Position numbers and translations under genes: made by a program. The notes under the pieces are model-generated. The model ran no database searches and had not been told where the DNA came from. It saw only the letters and a program-made list of their open reading frames with translations. A stretch of 64,000 nt of DNA from Octopus sinensis (Eukaryota): the NCBI RefSeq assembly GCF_006345805.1, contig NC_043007.1:55242001-55306000 (forward strand), in the 5' to 3' direction. This document shows, piece by piece, positions 27,331-40,100 of the stretch; within the stretch, counting starts at the first letter, position 1, and every line of letters starts with the position of its first letter.

Positions 27331-27599
27331 TTACAGGGTAAATGTTTTTTTAAATTTTCTCCTGGTTTACGGAATTAATATTGTTTTGCGGTTGAAGCCT
27401 TGGCTGCTATTTCTAGTGGGTTGAACGGCCTATTATGGCCGTTCCTTAATTTTGCTGTTGAATTTATTAATAGTCTCTGACTATTTACTTTTTTCCCACT
27501 AGGCCGCTGGTGGCAAATAATTTCTGCTGAATTATTTTGCCACCCTATATTGATTATATATATATATATGGATATATACATATATATATATATATGATA

Positions 27600-27652
<53 letters not shown>

Positions 27653-27663
<11 letters not shown>

Positions 27664-30600
27664 GAGGGCATTATACATACATGCCAGGAGGCATTATATA
27701 CATGCCAAACGCTAAGAGGGACAATCAGTCATTTCTACCAAAATATTACTAATCCCACCGAATGCAATTTTTCAAAGTAAGACATTTAAAAAATATAGAC
27801 CTGTATCACAGTGATTTCATATTTACGTAATCATCAGCAGGCCTGAATGTATTATAAATAAACAACGACCCTGCCTCGCTTAAGCCGATCAGCTAACTGA
27901 TCAACATCAACGAAGCACATGGGTGAGTTTATATATATTACATCCGGGTAAATGGTAACTTTTACGAATTGCATTTCGGGAGAGGAAAGTTTTTTCGGAA
28001 TAAAAATTTAGCAATTAAGGACAACTACTTAATAGGAAAACTTAACAAGAAATTGTCAGGTAGATAGGGTAAAAACCTCATAAGAGAAAAAAAATTTCGA
28101 AAATAAATTTCTTATTGAACATATTAATTTATATATAGCGGGCATTATACATACATGCCAGGAGGCATTATATATACATGCCAAACGCTAAGAGGGACAA
28201 TCAGTCATTTCTACCAAAAATATTACTAATCCCACCGAATGCAATTTTTCAAAGTAAGACATTAAAATATATAGACCTGTATCACAGTGATTTCATACTT
28301 ACGTAATCATCAGCAGGCCTGAATGTATTATAAATAAACAACGACCCTGCCTCGCTTAAGCCGATCAGCTAACTGATCAACATCAACGAAGCACATGGTG
28401 AGTTTATATATATTACATCCGGGTAAATGGTAAACTTTTACGAATTGCATTTCGGGAGAGGAAAAGTTTTTTCGGAATAAAAATTTAGCAATTAAGGACA
28501 ACTACTTAATAAGGAAAACTTAACAAGAAATTGTCAGGTAGATAGCGTAAAAACCTCATAAGAGAAAAATTTCGAAAATAATTATTTCTTATTGAACATA
28601 TTAATTTATATATAGAGGGCATTATACATACATGCCAGAGGCATTATATATACATGCCAAACGCTAAGAGGGACAATCAGTCATTTCTACCAAAAATATT
28701 ACTAATCCCACCGAATGCAATTTTTCAAAGTAAGACATTTAAAAAATATAGACCTGTATCACAGTGATTTCATACTTACGTAATCATCAGCAGGCCTGAA
28801 TGTATTATAAATAAACAACGACCCTGCCTCGCTTAAGCCGATCAGCTAACTGATCAACATCAACGAAGCACATGGGTGAGTTTATATATATTACATCCGG
28901 GTAAATGGTAAACTTTTACGAATTGCATTTCGGGAGAGGAAAAGTTTTTTCGGAATAAAAATTTAGCAATTAAGGACAACTACTTAATAAGGAAAACTTA
29001 ACAAGAAATTGTCAGGTAGATAGCGTAAAAACCTCATAAGAGAAAAAAATTTCGAAAATAATTATTTCTTATTGAACATATTAATTTATATATAGCGGGC
29101 ATTATACATACATGCCAGGAGGCATTATATATACATGCCAAACGCTAAGAGGGACAATCAGTCATTTCTACCAAAAATATTACTAATCCCACCGAATGCA
29201 ATTTTTCAAAGTAAGACATTTAAAATATATAGACCTGTATCACAGTGATTTCATACTTACGTAATCATCAGCAGGCCTGAATGTATTATAAATAAACAAC
29301 GACCCTGCCTCGCTTAAGCCGATCAGCTAACTGATCAACATCAACGAAGCACATGGGTGAGTTTATATATATTACATCCGGGTAAATGGTAAACTTTTAC
29401 GAATTGCATTTCGGGAGAGGAAAAGTTTTTTCGGAATAAAAATTTAGCAATTAAGGACAACTACTTAATAAGGAAAACTTAACAAGAAATTGTCAGGTAG
29501 ATAGCGTAAAAACCTCATAAGAGAAAAAATTTCGAAAATAATTATTTCTTATTGAACATATTAATTTATATATAGAGGGCATTATACATACATGCCAGGA
29601 GGCATTATATATACATGCCAAACGCTAAGAGGGACAATCAGTCTTTCTACCAAAAATATTACTAATCCCACCGAATGCAATTTTTCAAAGTAAGACATTT
29701 AAAAAATATAGACCTGTATCACAGTGATTTCATACTTACGTAATCATCAGCAGGCCTGAATGTATTATAATAAACAACGACCCTGCCTCGCTTAAGCCGA
29801 TCAGCTAACTGATCAACATCAACGAAGCACATGGGTGAGTTTATATATATTACATCCGGGTAAATGGTAAACTTTTACGAATTGCATTTCGGGAGAGGAA
29901 AAGTTTTTTCGGAATAAAAATTTAGCAATTAAGGACAACTACTTAATAAGGAAAACTTAACAAGAAATTGTCAGGTAGATAGCGTAAAAACCTCATAAGA
30001 GAAAAAATTTCGAAAATAATTATTTCTTATTGAACATATTAATTTATATATAGAGGGCATTATACATACATGCCAGGAGGCATTATATATACATGCCAAA
30101 CGCTAAGAGGGACAATCAGTCATTTCTACCAAAATATTACTAATCCCACCGAATGCAATTTTTCAAAGTAAGACATTTAAAAAATATAGACCTGTATCAC
30201 AGTGATTTCATACTTACGTAATCATCAGCAGGCCTGAATGTATTATAAATAAACAACGACCCTGCCTCGCTTAAGCCGATCAGCTAACTGATCAACATCA
30301 ACGAAGCACATGGGTGAGTTTATATATATTACATCCGGGTAAATGGTAAACTTTTACGAATTGCATTTCGGGAGAGGAAAAGTTTTTTCGGAATAAAAAT
30401 TTAGCAATTAAGGACAACTACTTAATAAGGAAAACTTAACAAGAAATTGTCAGGTAGATAGCGTAAAAACCTCATAAGAGAAAAAATTTCGAAAATAATT
30501 ATTTCTTATTGAACATATTAATTTATATATAGAGGGCATTATACATACATGCCAGGAGGCATTATATATACATGCCAAACGCTAAGAGGGACAATCAGTC

Positions 30601-33600
30601 ATTTCTACCAAAATTATTGCTAATCCCACCGAATGCAATTTTTCAAAGTAAGACATTTAAAAAATATAGACCTGTATCACAGTGATTTCATACTTACGTA
30701 ATCATCAGCAGGCCTGAATGTATTATAAATAAACAACGACCCTGCCTCGCTTAAGCCGATCAGCTAACTGATCAACATCAACGAAGCACATGGGTGAGTT
30801 TATATATATTACATCCGGGTAAATGGTAAAGTTTTACGAATTGCATTTCGGGACAGGAAAAGTTTTTTCGGAATAAAAATTTAGCAATTAAGGACAACTA
30901 CTTAATAAGGAAAACTTAACAAGAAATTGTCAGGTAGATAGCGTAAAAACCTCATAAGAGAAAAAAAATTTCGAAAATAATTATTTTTATTGAACATATT
31001 AATTTATATATAGAGGGCATTATACATACATGCCAGGAGGCATTATATATACATGCCAAACGCTAAGAGGGACAATCAGTCATTTCTACCAAAATATTAC
31101 TAATCCCACCGAATGCAATTTTTCAAAGTAAGACATTTAAAAATATAGACCTGTATCACAGTGATTTCATACTTACGTAATCATCAGCAGGCCTGAATGT
31201 ATTATAAATAAACAACGACCCTGCCTCGCTTAAGCCGATCAGCTAACTGATCAACATCAACGAAGCACATGGGTGAGTTTATATATATTACATCCGGGTA
31301 AATGGTAAACTTTTACGAATTGCATTTCGGGAGAGGAAAAGTTTTTTCGGAATAAAAATTTAGCAATTAAGGACAACTACTTAATAAGGAAAACTTAACA
31401 AGAAATTGTCAGGTAGATAGCGTAAAACCTCATAAGAGAAAAAAATTTCGAAAATAATTATTTCTTATTGAACATATTAATTTATATATAGAGGGCATTA
31501 TACATACATGCCAGGAGGCATTATATATACATGCCAAACGCTAAGAGGGACAATCAGTCATTTCTACCAAAAATATTACTAATCCCACCGAATGCAATTT
31601 TTCAAAGTAAGACATTTAAAAAATATAGACCTGTATCACAGTGATTTCATACTTACGTAATCATCAGCAGGCCTGAATGTATTATAAATAAACAACGACC
31701 CTGCCTCGCTTAAGCCGATCAGCTAACTGATCAACATCAACGAAGCACATGGGTGAGTTTATATATATTACATCCGGTAAATGGTAACTTTTACGAATTG
31801 CATTTCGGGAGAGGAAAAGTTTTTTCGGAATAAAAATTTAGCAATTAAGGACAACTACTTAATAAGGAAAACTTAACAAGAAATTGTCAGGTAGATAGCG
31901 TAAAAACCTCATAAGAGAAAAAATTTCGAAAATAATTATTTCTTATTGAACATATTAATTTATATATAGAGGGCATTATACATACATGCCAGGAGGCATT
32001 ATATATACATGCCAAACGCTAAGAGGGACAATCAGTCATTTCTACCAAAATATTACTAATCCCACCGAATGCAATTTTTCAAAGTAAGAGATTTAAAAAT
32101 ATAGACCTGTATCACAGTGATTTCATACTTACGTAATCATCAGCAGGCCTGAATGTATTATAAATAAACAACGACCCTGCCTCGCTTAAGCCGATCAGCT
32201 AACTGATCAACATCAACGAAGCACATGGGTGAGTTTATATATATTACATCCGGGTAAATGGTAAACTTTTACGAATTGCATTTCGGGAGAGGAAAAGTTT
32301 TTTCGGAATAAAAATTTAGCAATTAAGGACAACTACTTAATAAGGAAAACTTAACAAGAAATTGTCAGGTAGATAGCGTAAAAACCTCATAAGAAAAAAT
32401 TTCGAAAATAATTATTTCTTATTGAACATATTAATTTATATATAGAGGGCATTATACATACATGCCAGGAGGCATTATATATACATGCCAAACGCTAAGA
32501 GGGACAATCAGTCATTTCTACCAAAAATATTACTAATCCCACCGAATGCAATTTTTCAAAGTAAGACATTTAAAAATATAGACCTGTATCACAGTGATTT
32601 CATACTTACGTAATCATCAGCAGGCCTGAATGTATTATAAATAAACAACGACCCTGCCTCGCTTAAGCCGATCAGCTAACTGATCAACATCAACGAAGCA
32701 CATGGGTGAGTTTATATATATTACATCCGGGTAAATGGTAAACTTTTACGAATTGCATTTCGGGAGAGGAAAAGTTTTTTCGGAATAAAAATTTAGCAAT
32801 TAAGGACAACTACTTAATAAGGAAACTTAACAAGAAATTGTCAGGTAGATAGCGTAAAAACCTCATAAGAGAAAAAATTTCGAAAATAATTATTTCTTAT
32901 TGAACATATTAATTTATATATAGAGGGCATTATACATACATGCCAGGAGGCATTATATATACATGCCAAACGCTAAGAGGGACAATCAGTCATTTCTACC
33001 AAAAATATTACTAATCCCACCGAATGCAATTTTTCAAAGTAAGACATTTAAAAAATATAGACCTGTATCACAGTGATTTCATACTTACGTAATCATCAGC
33101 AGGCCTGAATGTATTATAAATAAACAACGACCTGCCTCGCTTAAGCCGATCAGCTAACTGATCAACATCAACGAAGCACATGGGTGAGTTTATATATATT
33201 ACATCCGGTAAATGGTAAACTTTTACGAATTGCATTTCGGGAGAGGAAAAGTTTTTTCGGAATAAAAATTTAGCAATTAAGGACAACTACTTAATAAGGA
33301 AACTTAACAAGAATTGTCAGGTAGATAGCGTAAAAACCTCATAAGAGAAAAAAAATTTCGAAAATAATTATTTCTTATTGAACATATTAATTTATATATA
33401 GAGGGCATTATACATACATGCCAGGAGGCATTATATATACATGCCAAACGCTAAGAGGGACAATCAGTCATTTCTACCAAAAATATTACTAATCCCACCG
33501 AATGCAATTTTTCAAAGTAAGACATTTAAAAAATAGACCTGTATCACAGTGATTTCATACTTACGTAATCATCAGCAGGCCTGAATGTATTATAAATAAA

Positions 33601-34132
33601 CAACGACCCTGCCTCGCTTAAGCCGATCAGCTAACTGATCAACATCAACGAAGCACATGGTGAGTTTATATATATTACAATCCGGGTAATGGTAACTTTT
33701 ACGAATTGCATTTCGGGAGAGGAAAAGTTTTTTCGGAATAAAAATTTAGCAATTAAGGACAACTACTTAATAAGGAAAACTTAACAAGAAATTGTCAGGT
33801 AGATAGCGTAAAAACCTCATAAGAGAAAAAATTTCGAAAATAATTATTTCTTATTGAACATATTAATTTATATATAGAGGGCATTATACATACATGCCAG
33901 GAGGCATTATATATACATGCCAAACGCTAAAGGGACAATCAGTCATTTCTACCAAAATATTACTAATCCCACCGAATGCAATTTTTCAAAGTAAGACATT
34001 TAAAATATATAGACCTGTATCACAGTGATTTCATACTTACGTAATCATCAGCAGGCCTGAATGTATTATAAATAAACAACGACCCTGCCTCGCTTAAGCC
34101 GATCAGCTAACTGATCAACATCAACGAAGCAC
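27653..34132 (-). repeat. Hammerhead satellite, left block: ~13.5 tandem ~479-bp units, ribozyme on the minus strand
   Basis: Units restart at tatagagggcattatac about every 479 bp (~27660, 28133, 28612 ... 33875). Each contains gacctgtatcacagtgatttcatacttacgtaatcatcagcaggcc, the reverse complement of the hammerhead (first copy 27798-27843, with one helix II substitution). Confidence 0.95.
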
Positions 34133-37100
34133 AGGTTTTTACGCTATCTACCTGACAATTTCTTGTTAAGTTTTCCTTATTAAGTAGTTGTCCTTAATTG
34201 CTAAATTTTTATTCCGAAAAAACTTTTCCTCTCCCGAAATGCAATTCGTAAAAGTTTACCATTTACCCGGATGTATATATATAAACTCACCCATGTGCTT
34301 CGTTGATGTTGATCAGTTAGCTGATCGGCTTAAGCGAGGCAGGGTCGTTGTTTTATTTATAATACATTCAGGCCTGCTGATGATTACGTAAGTATGAAAT
34401 CACTGTGATACAGGTCTATATATTTTAAATGTCTTACTTTGAAAAATTGCATTCGGTGGGATTAGTAATATTTTTGGTAGAAATGACTGATTGTCCCTCT
34501 TAGCGTTTGGCATGTATATATAATGCCTCCTGGCATGTATGTATAATGCCCTCTATATATAAATTAATATGTTCAATAAGAAATAATTATTTTCGAAATT
34601 TTTTTTTCTCTTATGAGGTTTTTACGCTATCTACCTGACAATTTCTTGTTAAGTTTTCCTTATTAAGTAGTTGTCCTTAATTGCTAAATTTTTATTCCGA
34701 AAAAACTTTTCCTCTCCCGAAATGCAATTCGTAAAAGTTTACCATTTACCCGGATGTATATATATAAACTCACCCATGTGCTTCGTTGATGTTGATCAGT
34801 TAGCTGATCGGCTTAAGCGAGGCAGGGTCGTTGTTTATTTATAATACATTCAGGCCTGCTGATGATTACGTAAGTATGAAATCACTGTGATACAGTCTAT
34901 ATTTTTTAAATGTCTTACTTTGAAAAATTGCATTCGGTGGGATTAGTAATATTTTTGGTAGAAATGACTGATTGTCCCTCTTAGCGTTTGGCATGTATAT
35001 ATAATGCCTCCTGGCATGTATGTATAATGCCCTCTATATATAAATTAATATGTTCAATAAGAAATAATTATTTCGAAATTTTTTCTCTTATGAGGTTTTT
35101 ACGCTATCTACCTGACAATTTCTTGTTAAGTTTTCCTTATTAAGTAGTTGTCCTTAATTGCTAAATTTTTATTCCGAAAAAACTTTTCCTCTCCCGAAAT
35201 GCAATTCGTAAAAGTTTACCATTTACCCGGATGTAATATATAATAAACTCACCCATGTGCTTCGTTGATGTTGATCAGTTAGCTGATCGGCTTAAGCGAG
35301 GCAGGGTCGTTGTTTATTTATAATACATTCAGCCTGCTGATGATTACGTAAGTATGAAATCACTGTGATACAGGTCTATATTTTTTAAATGTCTTACTTT
35401 GAAAAATTGCATTCGGTGGGATTAGTAATATTTTTGGTAGAAATGACTGATTGTCCCTCTTAGCGTTTGGCATGTATATATAATGCCTCCTGGCATGTAT
35501 GTATAATGCCCTCTATATATAATTAATATGTTCAATAAGAAATAATTATTTTCGAAATTTTTTCTCTTATGAGGTTTTTACGCTATCTACCTGACAATTT
35601 CTTGTTAAGTTTTCCTTATTAAGTAGTTGTCCTTAATTGCTAAATTTTTATTCCGAAAAAACTTTTCCTCTCCCGAAATGCAATTCGTAAAAGTTTACCA
35701 TTTACCCGGATGTAATATATATAACTCACCCATGTGCTTCGTTGATGTTGATCAGTTAGCTGATCGGCTTAAGCGAGGTAGGGTCGTTGTTTATTTATAA
35801 TACATTCAGCCTGCTGATGATTACGTAAGTATGAAATCACTGTGATACAGGTCTATATATTTTAAATGTCTTACTTTGAAAAATTGCATTCGGTGGGATT
35901 AGTAATATTTTTGGTAGAAATGACTGATTGTCCCTCTTAGCGTTTGGCATGTATATATAATGCCTCCTGGCATGTATGTATAATGCCCTCTATATATAAA
36001 TTAATATGTTCAATAAGAAATAATTATTTTCCAAATTTTTTTTTCTCTTATGAGGTTTTTACGCTATCTACCTGACAATTTCTTGTTAAGTTTTCCTTAT
36101 TAAGTAGTTGTCCTTAATTGCTAAATTTTTATTCCGAAAAAACTTTTCCTCTCCCGAAATGCAATTCGTAAAACTTTACCATTTACCCGGATGTAATATA
36201 TATAAACTCACCCATGTGCTTCGTTGATGTTGATCAGTTAGCTGATCGGCTTAAGCGAGGCAGGGTCGTTGTTTATTTATAATACATTCAGGCCTGCTGA
36301 TGATTACGTAAGTATGAAATCACTGTGATACAGGTCTATATTTTTAAATGTCTTACTTTGAAAAATTGCATTCGGTGGGATTAGTAATATTTTGGTAGAA
36401 ATGACTGATTGTCCCTCTTAGCGTTTGGCATGTATATATAATGCCTCCTGGCATGTATGTATAATGCCCTCTATATATAAATTAATATGTTCAATAAGAA
36501 ATAATTATTTTCGAAATGTTTTCTCTTATGAGGTTTTTACGCTATCTACCTGACAATTTCTTGTTAAGTTTTCCTTATTAAGTAGTTGTCCTTAATTGCT
36601 AAATTTTTATTCCGAAAAAACTTTTCCTCACCCGAAATGCAATTCGTAAAAGTTTACCATTTACCCGGATGTATATATATAAACTCACCCATGTGCTTCG
36701 TTGATGTTGATCAGTTAGCTGATCGGCTTAAGCGAGGCAGGGTCGTTGTTTATTTATAATACATTCAGGCCTGCTGATGATTACGTAAGTATGAAATCAC
36801 TGTGATACAGGTCTATATTTTTTAAATGTCTTACTTTGAAAAATTGCATTCGGTGGGATTAGTAATATTTTTGGTAGAAATGACTGATTGTCCCTCTTAG
36901 CGTTTGGCATGTATATATAATGCCTCCTGGCATGTATTAATGCCCTCTATATATAAAATTAATATGTTCAATAAGAAATAATTATTTTCGAAATTTTTTT
37001 TTCTCTTATGAGGTTTTTACGCTATCTACCTGACAATTTCTTGTTAAGTTTTCCTTATTAAGTAGTTGTCCTTAATTGCTAAATTTTTATTCCGAAAAAA

Positions 37101-40100
37101 CTTTTCCTCTCCCGAAATGCAATTCGTAAAAGTTTACCATTTACCCGGATGTAATATATATAAACTCACCCATGTGCTTCGTTGATGTTGATCAGTTAGC
37201 TGATCGGCTTAAGCGAGGCAGGGTCGTTGTTTATTTATAATACATTCAGGCCTGCTGATGATTACGTAAGTATGAAATCACTGTGATACAGGTCTATATT
37301 TTTTAAATGTCTTACTTTGAAAAATTGCATTCGGTGGGATTAGTAATATTTTTGGTAGAAATGACTGATTGTCCCTCTTAGCGTTTGGCATGTATATATA
37401 ATGCCTCCTGGCATGTATGTATAATGCCCTCTATATATAAATTAATATGTTCAATAAGAAATAATTATTTTCGAAATTTTTTCTCTTATGAGGTTTTTAC
37501 GCTATCTACCTGACAATTTCTTGTTAAGTTTTCCTTATTAAGTAGTTGTCCTTAATTGCTAAATTTTTATTCCGAAAAACTTTTCCTCTCCCGAAATGCA
37601 ATTCGTAAAAGTTTACCATTTACCCGGATGTAATATATAAACTCACCCATGTGCTTCGTTGATGTTGATCAGTTAGCTGATCGGCTTAAGCGAGGCAGGG
37701 TCGTTGTTTTATTTATAATACATTCAGGCCTGCTGATGATTACGTAAGTATGAAATCACTGTGATACAGGTCTATATTTTTTAAATGTCTTACTTTGAAA
37801 AATTGCATTCGGTGGGATTAGTAATATTTTTGGTAGAAATGACTGATTGTCCCTCTTAGCGTTTGGCATGTATATATAATGCCTCCTGGCATGTATGTAT
37901 AATGCCCTCTATATATAAATTAATATGTTCAATAAGAAATAATTATTTTCGAAATTTTTTTTCTCTATGAGGTTTTTACGCTATCTACCTGACAATTTCT
38001 TGTTAAGTTTTCCTTATTAAGTAGTTGTCCTTAATTGCTAAATTTTTATTCCGAAAAAACTTTTCCTCTCCCGAAATGCAATTCGTAAAAGTTTACCATT
38101 TACCCGGATGTAATATATATAAACTCACCCATGTGCTTCGTTGATGTTGATCAGTTAGCTGATCGGCTTAAGCGAGGCAGGGTCGTTGTTTATTTATAAT
38201 ACATTCAGGCCTGCTGATGATTACGTAAGTATGAAATCACTGTGATACAGGTCTATATTTTTTAAATGTCTTACTTTGAAAAATTGCATTCGGTGGGATT
38301 AGTAATATTTTTGGTAGAAATGACTGATTGTCCCTCTTAGCGTTTGGCATGTATATATAATGCCTCCTGGCATGTATGTATAATGCCCTCTATATATAAA
38401 TTAATATGTTCAATAAGAAATAATTATTTTCGAAATTTTTTCTCTTATGAGGTTTTTACGCTATCTACCTGACAATTTCTTGTTAAGTTTTCCTTATTAA
38501 GTAGTTGTCCTTAATTGCTAAATTTTTATTCCGAAAAAACTTTTCCTCTCCCGAAATGCAATTCGTAAAAGTTTACCATTTACCCGGATGTAATATATAT
38601 AAACTCACCCATGTGCTTCGTTGATGTTGATCAGTTAGCTGATCGGCTTAAGCGAGGCAGGGTCGTTGTTTATTTATAATACATTCAGGCCTGCTGATGA
38701 TTACGTAAGTATGAAATCACTGTGATACAGGTCTATATTTTTTAAATGTCTTACTTTGAAAAATTGCATTCGGTGGGATTAGTAATATTTTTGGTAGAAA
38801 TGACTGATTGTCCCTCTTAGCGTTTGGCATGTATATAATGCCTCCTGGCATGTATGTATAATGCCCTCTATATATAAATTAATATGTTCAATAAGAAATA
38901 ATTATTTTCGAAATTTTTTCTCTTATGAGGTTTTTACGCTATCTACCTGACAATTTCTTGTTAAGTTTTCCTTATTAAGTAGTTGTCCTTAATTGCTAAA
39001 TTTTTATTCCGAAAAAACTTTTCCTCTCCCGAAATGCAATTCGTAAAAGTTTACCATTTCCCGGATGTAATATATATAAACTCACCCATGTGCTTCGTTG
39101 ATGTTGATCAGTTAGCTGATCGGCTTAAGCGAGGCAGGGTCGTTGTTTATTTATAATACATTCAGGCCTGCTGATGATTACGTAAGTATGAAATCACTGT
39201 GATACAGGTCTATATATTTTAAATGTCTTACTTTGAAAAATTGCATTCGGTGGATTAGTAATATTTTTGGTAGAAATGACTGATTGTCCCTCTTAGCGTT
39301 TGGCATGTATATATAATGCCTCCTGGCATGTATGTATAATGCCCTCTATATATAAATTAATATGTTCAATAAGAAATAATTATTTTCGAAATTTTTTTTT
39401 CTCTTATGAGGTTTTTACGCTATCTACCTGACAATTTCTTGTTAAGTTTTCCTTATTAAGTAGTTGTCCTTAATTGCTAAATTTTTATTCCGAAAAAACT
39501 TTTCCTCTCCCGAAATGCAATTCGTAAAACTTTACCATTTACCCGGATGTAATATATATAAACTCACCCATGTGCTTCGTTGATGTTGATCAGTTAGCTG
39601 ATCGGCTTAAGCGAGGCAGGGTCGTTGTTTATTTATAATACATTCAGGCCTGCTGATGATTACGTAAGTATGAAATCACTGTGATACAGGTCTATATTTT
39701 TTAAATGTCTTACTTTGAAAAATTGCATTCGGTGGGATTAGTAATATTTTGGTAGAAATGACTGATTGTCCCTCTTAGCGTTTGGCATGTATATATAATG
39801 CCTCCTGGCATGTATGTATAATGCCCTCTATATATAAATTAATATGTTCAATAAGAAATAATTATTTTCGAAATTTTTTCTCTTATGAGGTTTTTACGCT
39901 ATCTACCTGACAATTTCTTGTTAAGTTTTCCTTATTAAGTAGTTGTCCTTAATTGCTAAATTTTTATTCCGAAAAAACTTTTCCTCTCCCGAAATGCAAT
40001 TCGTAAAAGTTTACCATTTACCCGGATGTAATATATATAAACTCACCCATGTGCTTCGTTGATGTTGATCAGTTAGCTGATCGGCTTAAGCGAGGCAGGG

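Larger units (their letters stand above)
26593..27556 (+). repeat. Tandem dimer of a 484-bp highly structured non-coding unit (retrozyme/pLTR-like)
   Basis: Near-identical units start at 26593 and 27077. Each has several hairpins (cggcagc/gctgccg, gaacggcc/ggccgttc, ggtggcaaa/tttgccacc) and one hammerhead. Confidence 0.9.

Noticed and set aside
33068-34391. ORFs MSLIAKFLFRKNFSSPEMQFVK... inside the satellite
   Set aside because: They appear only where homopolymer indels open the frame in 2 of ~34 units; not conserved.
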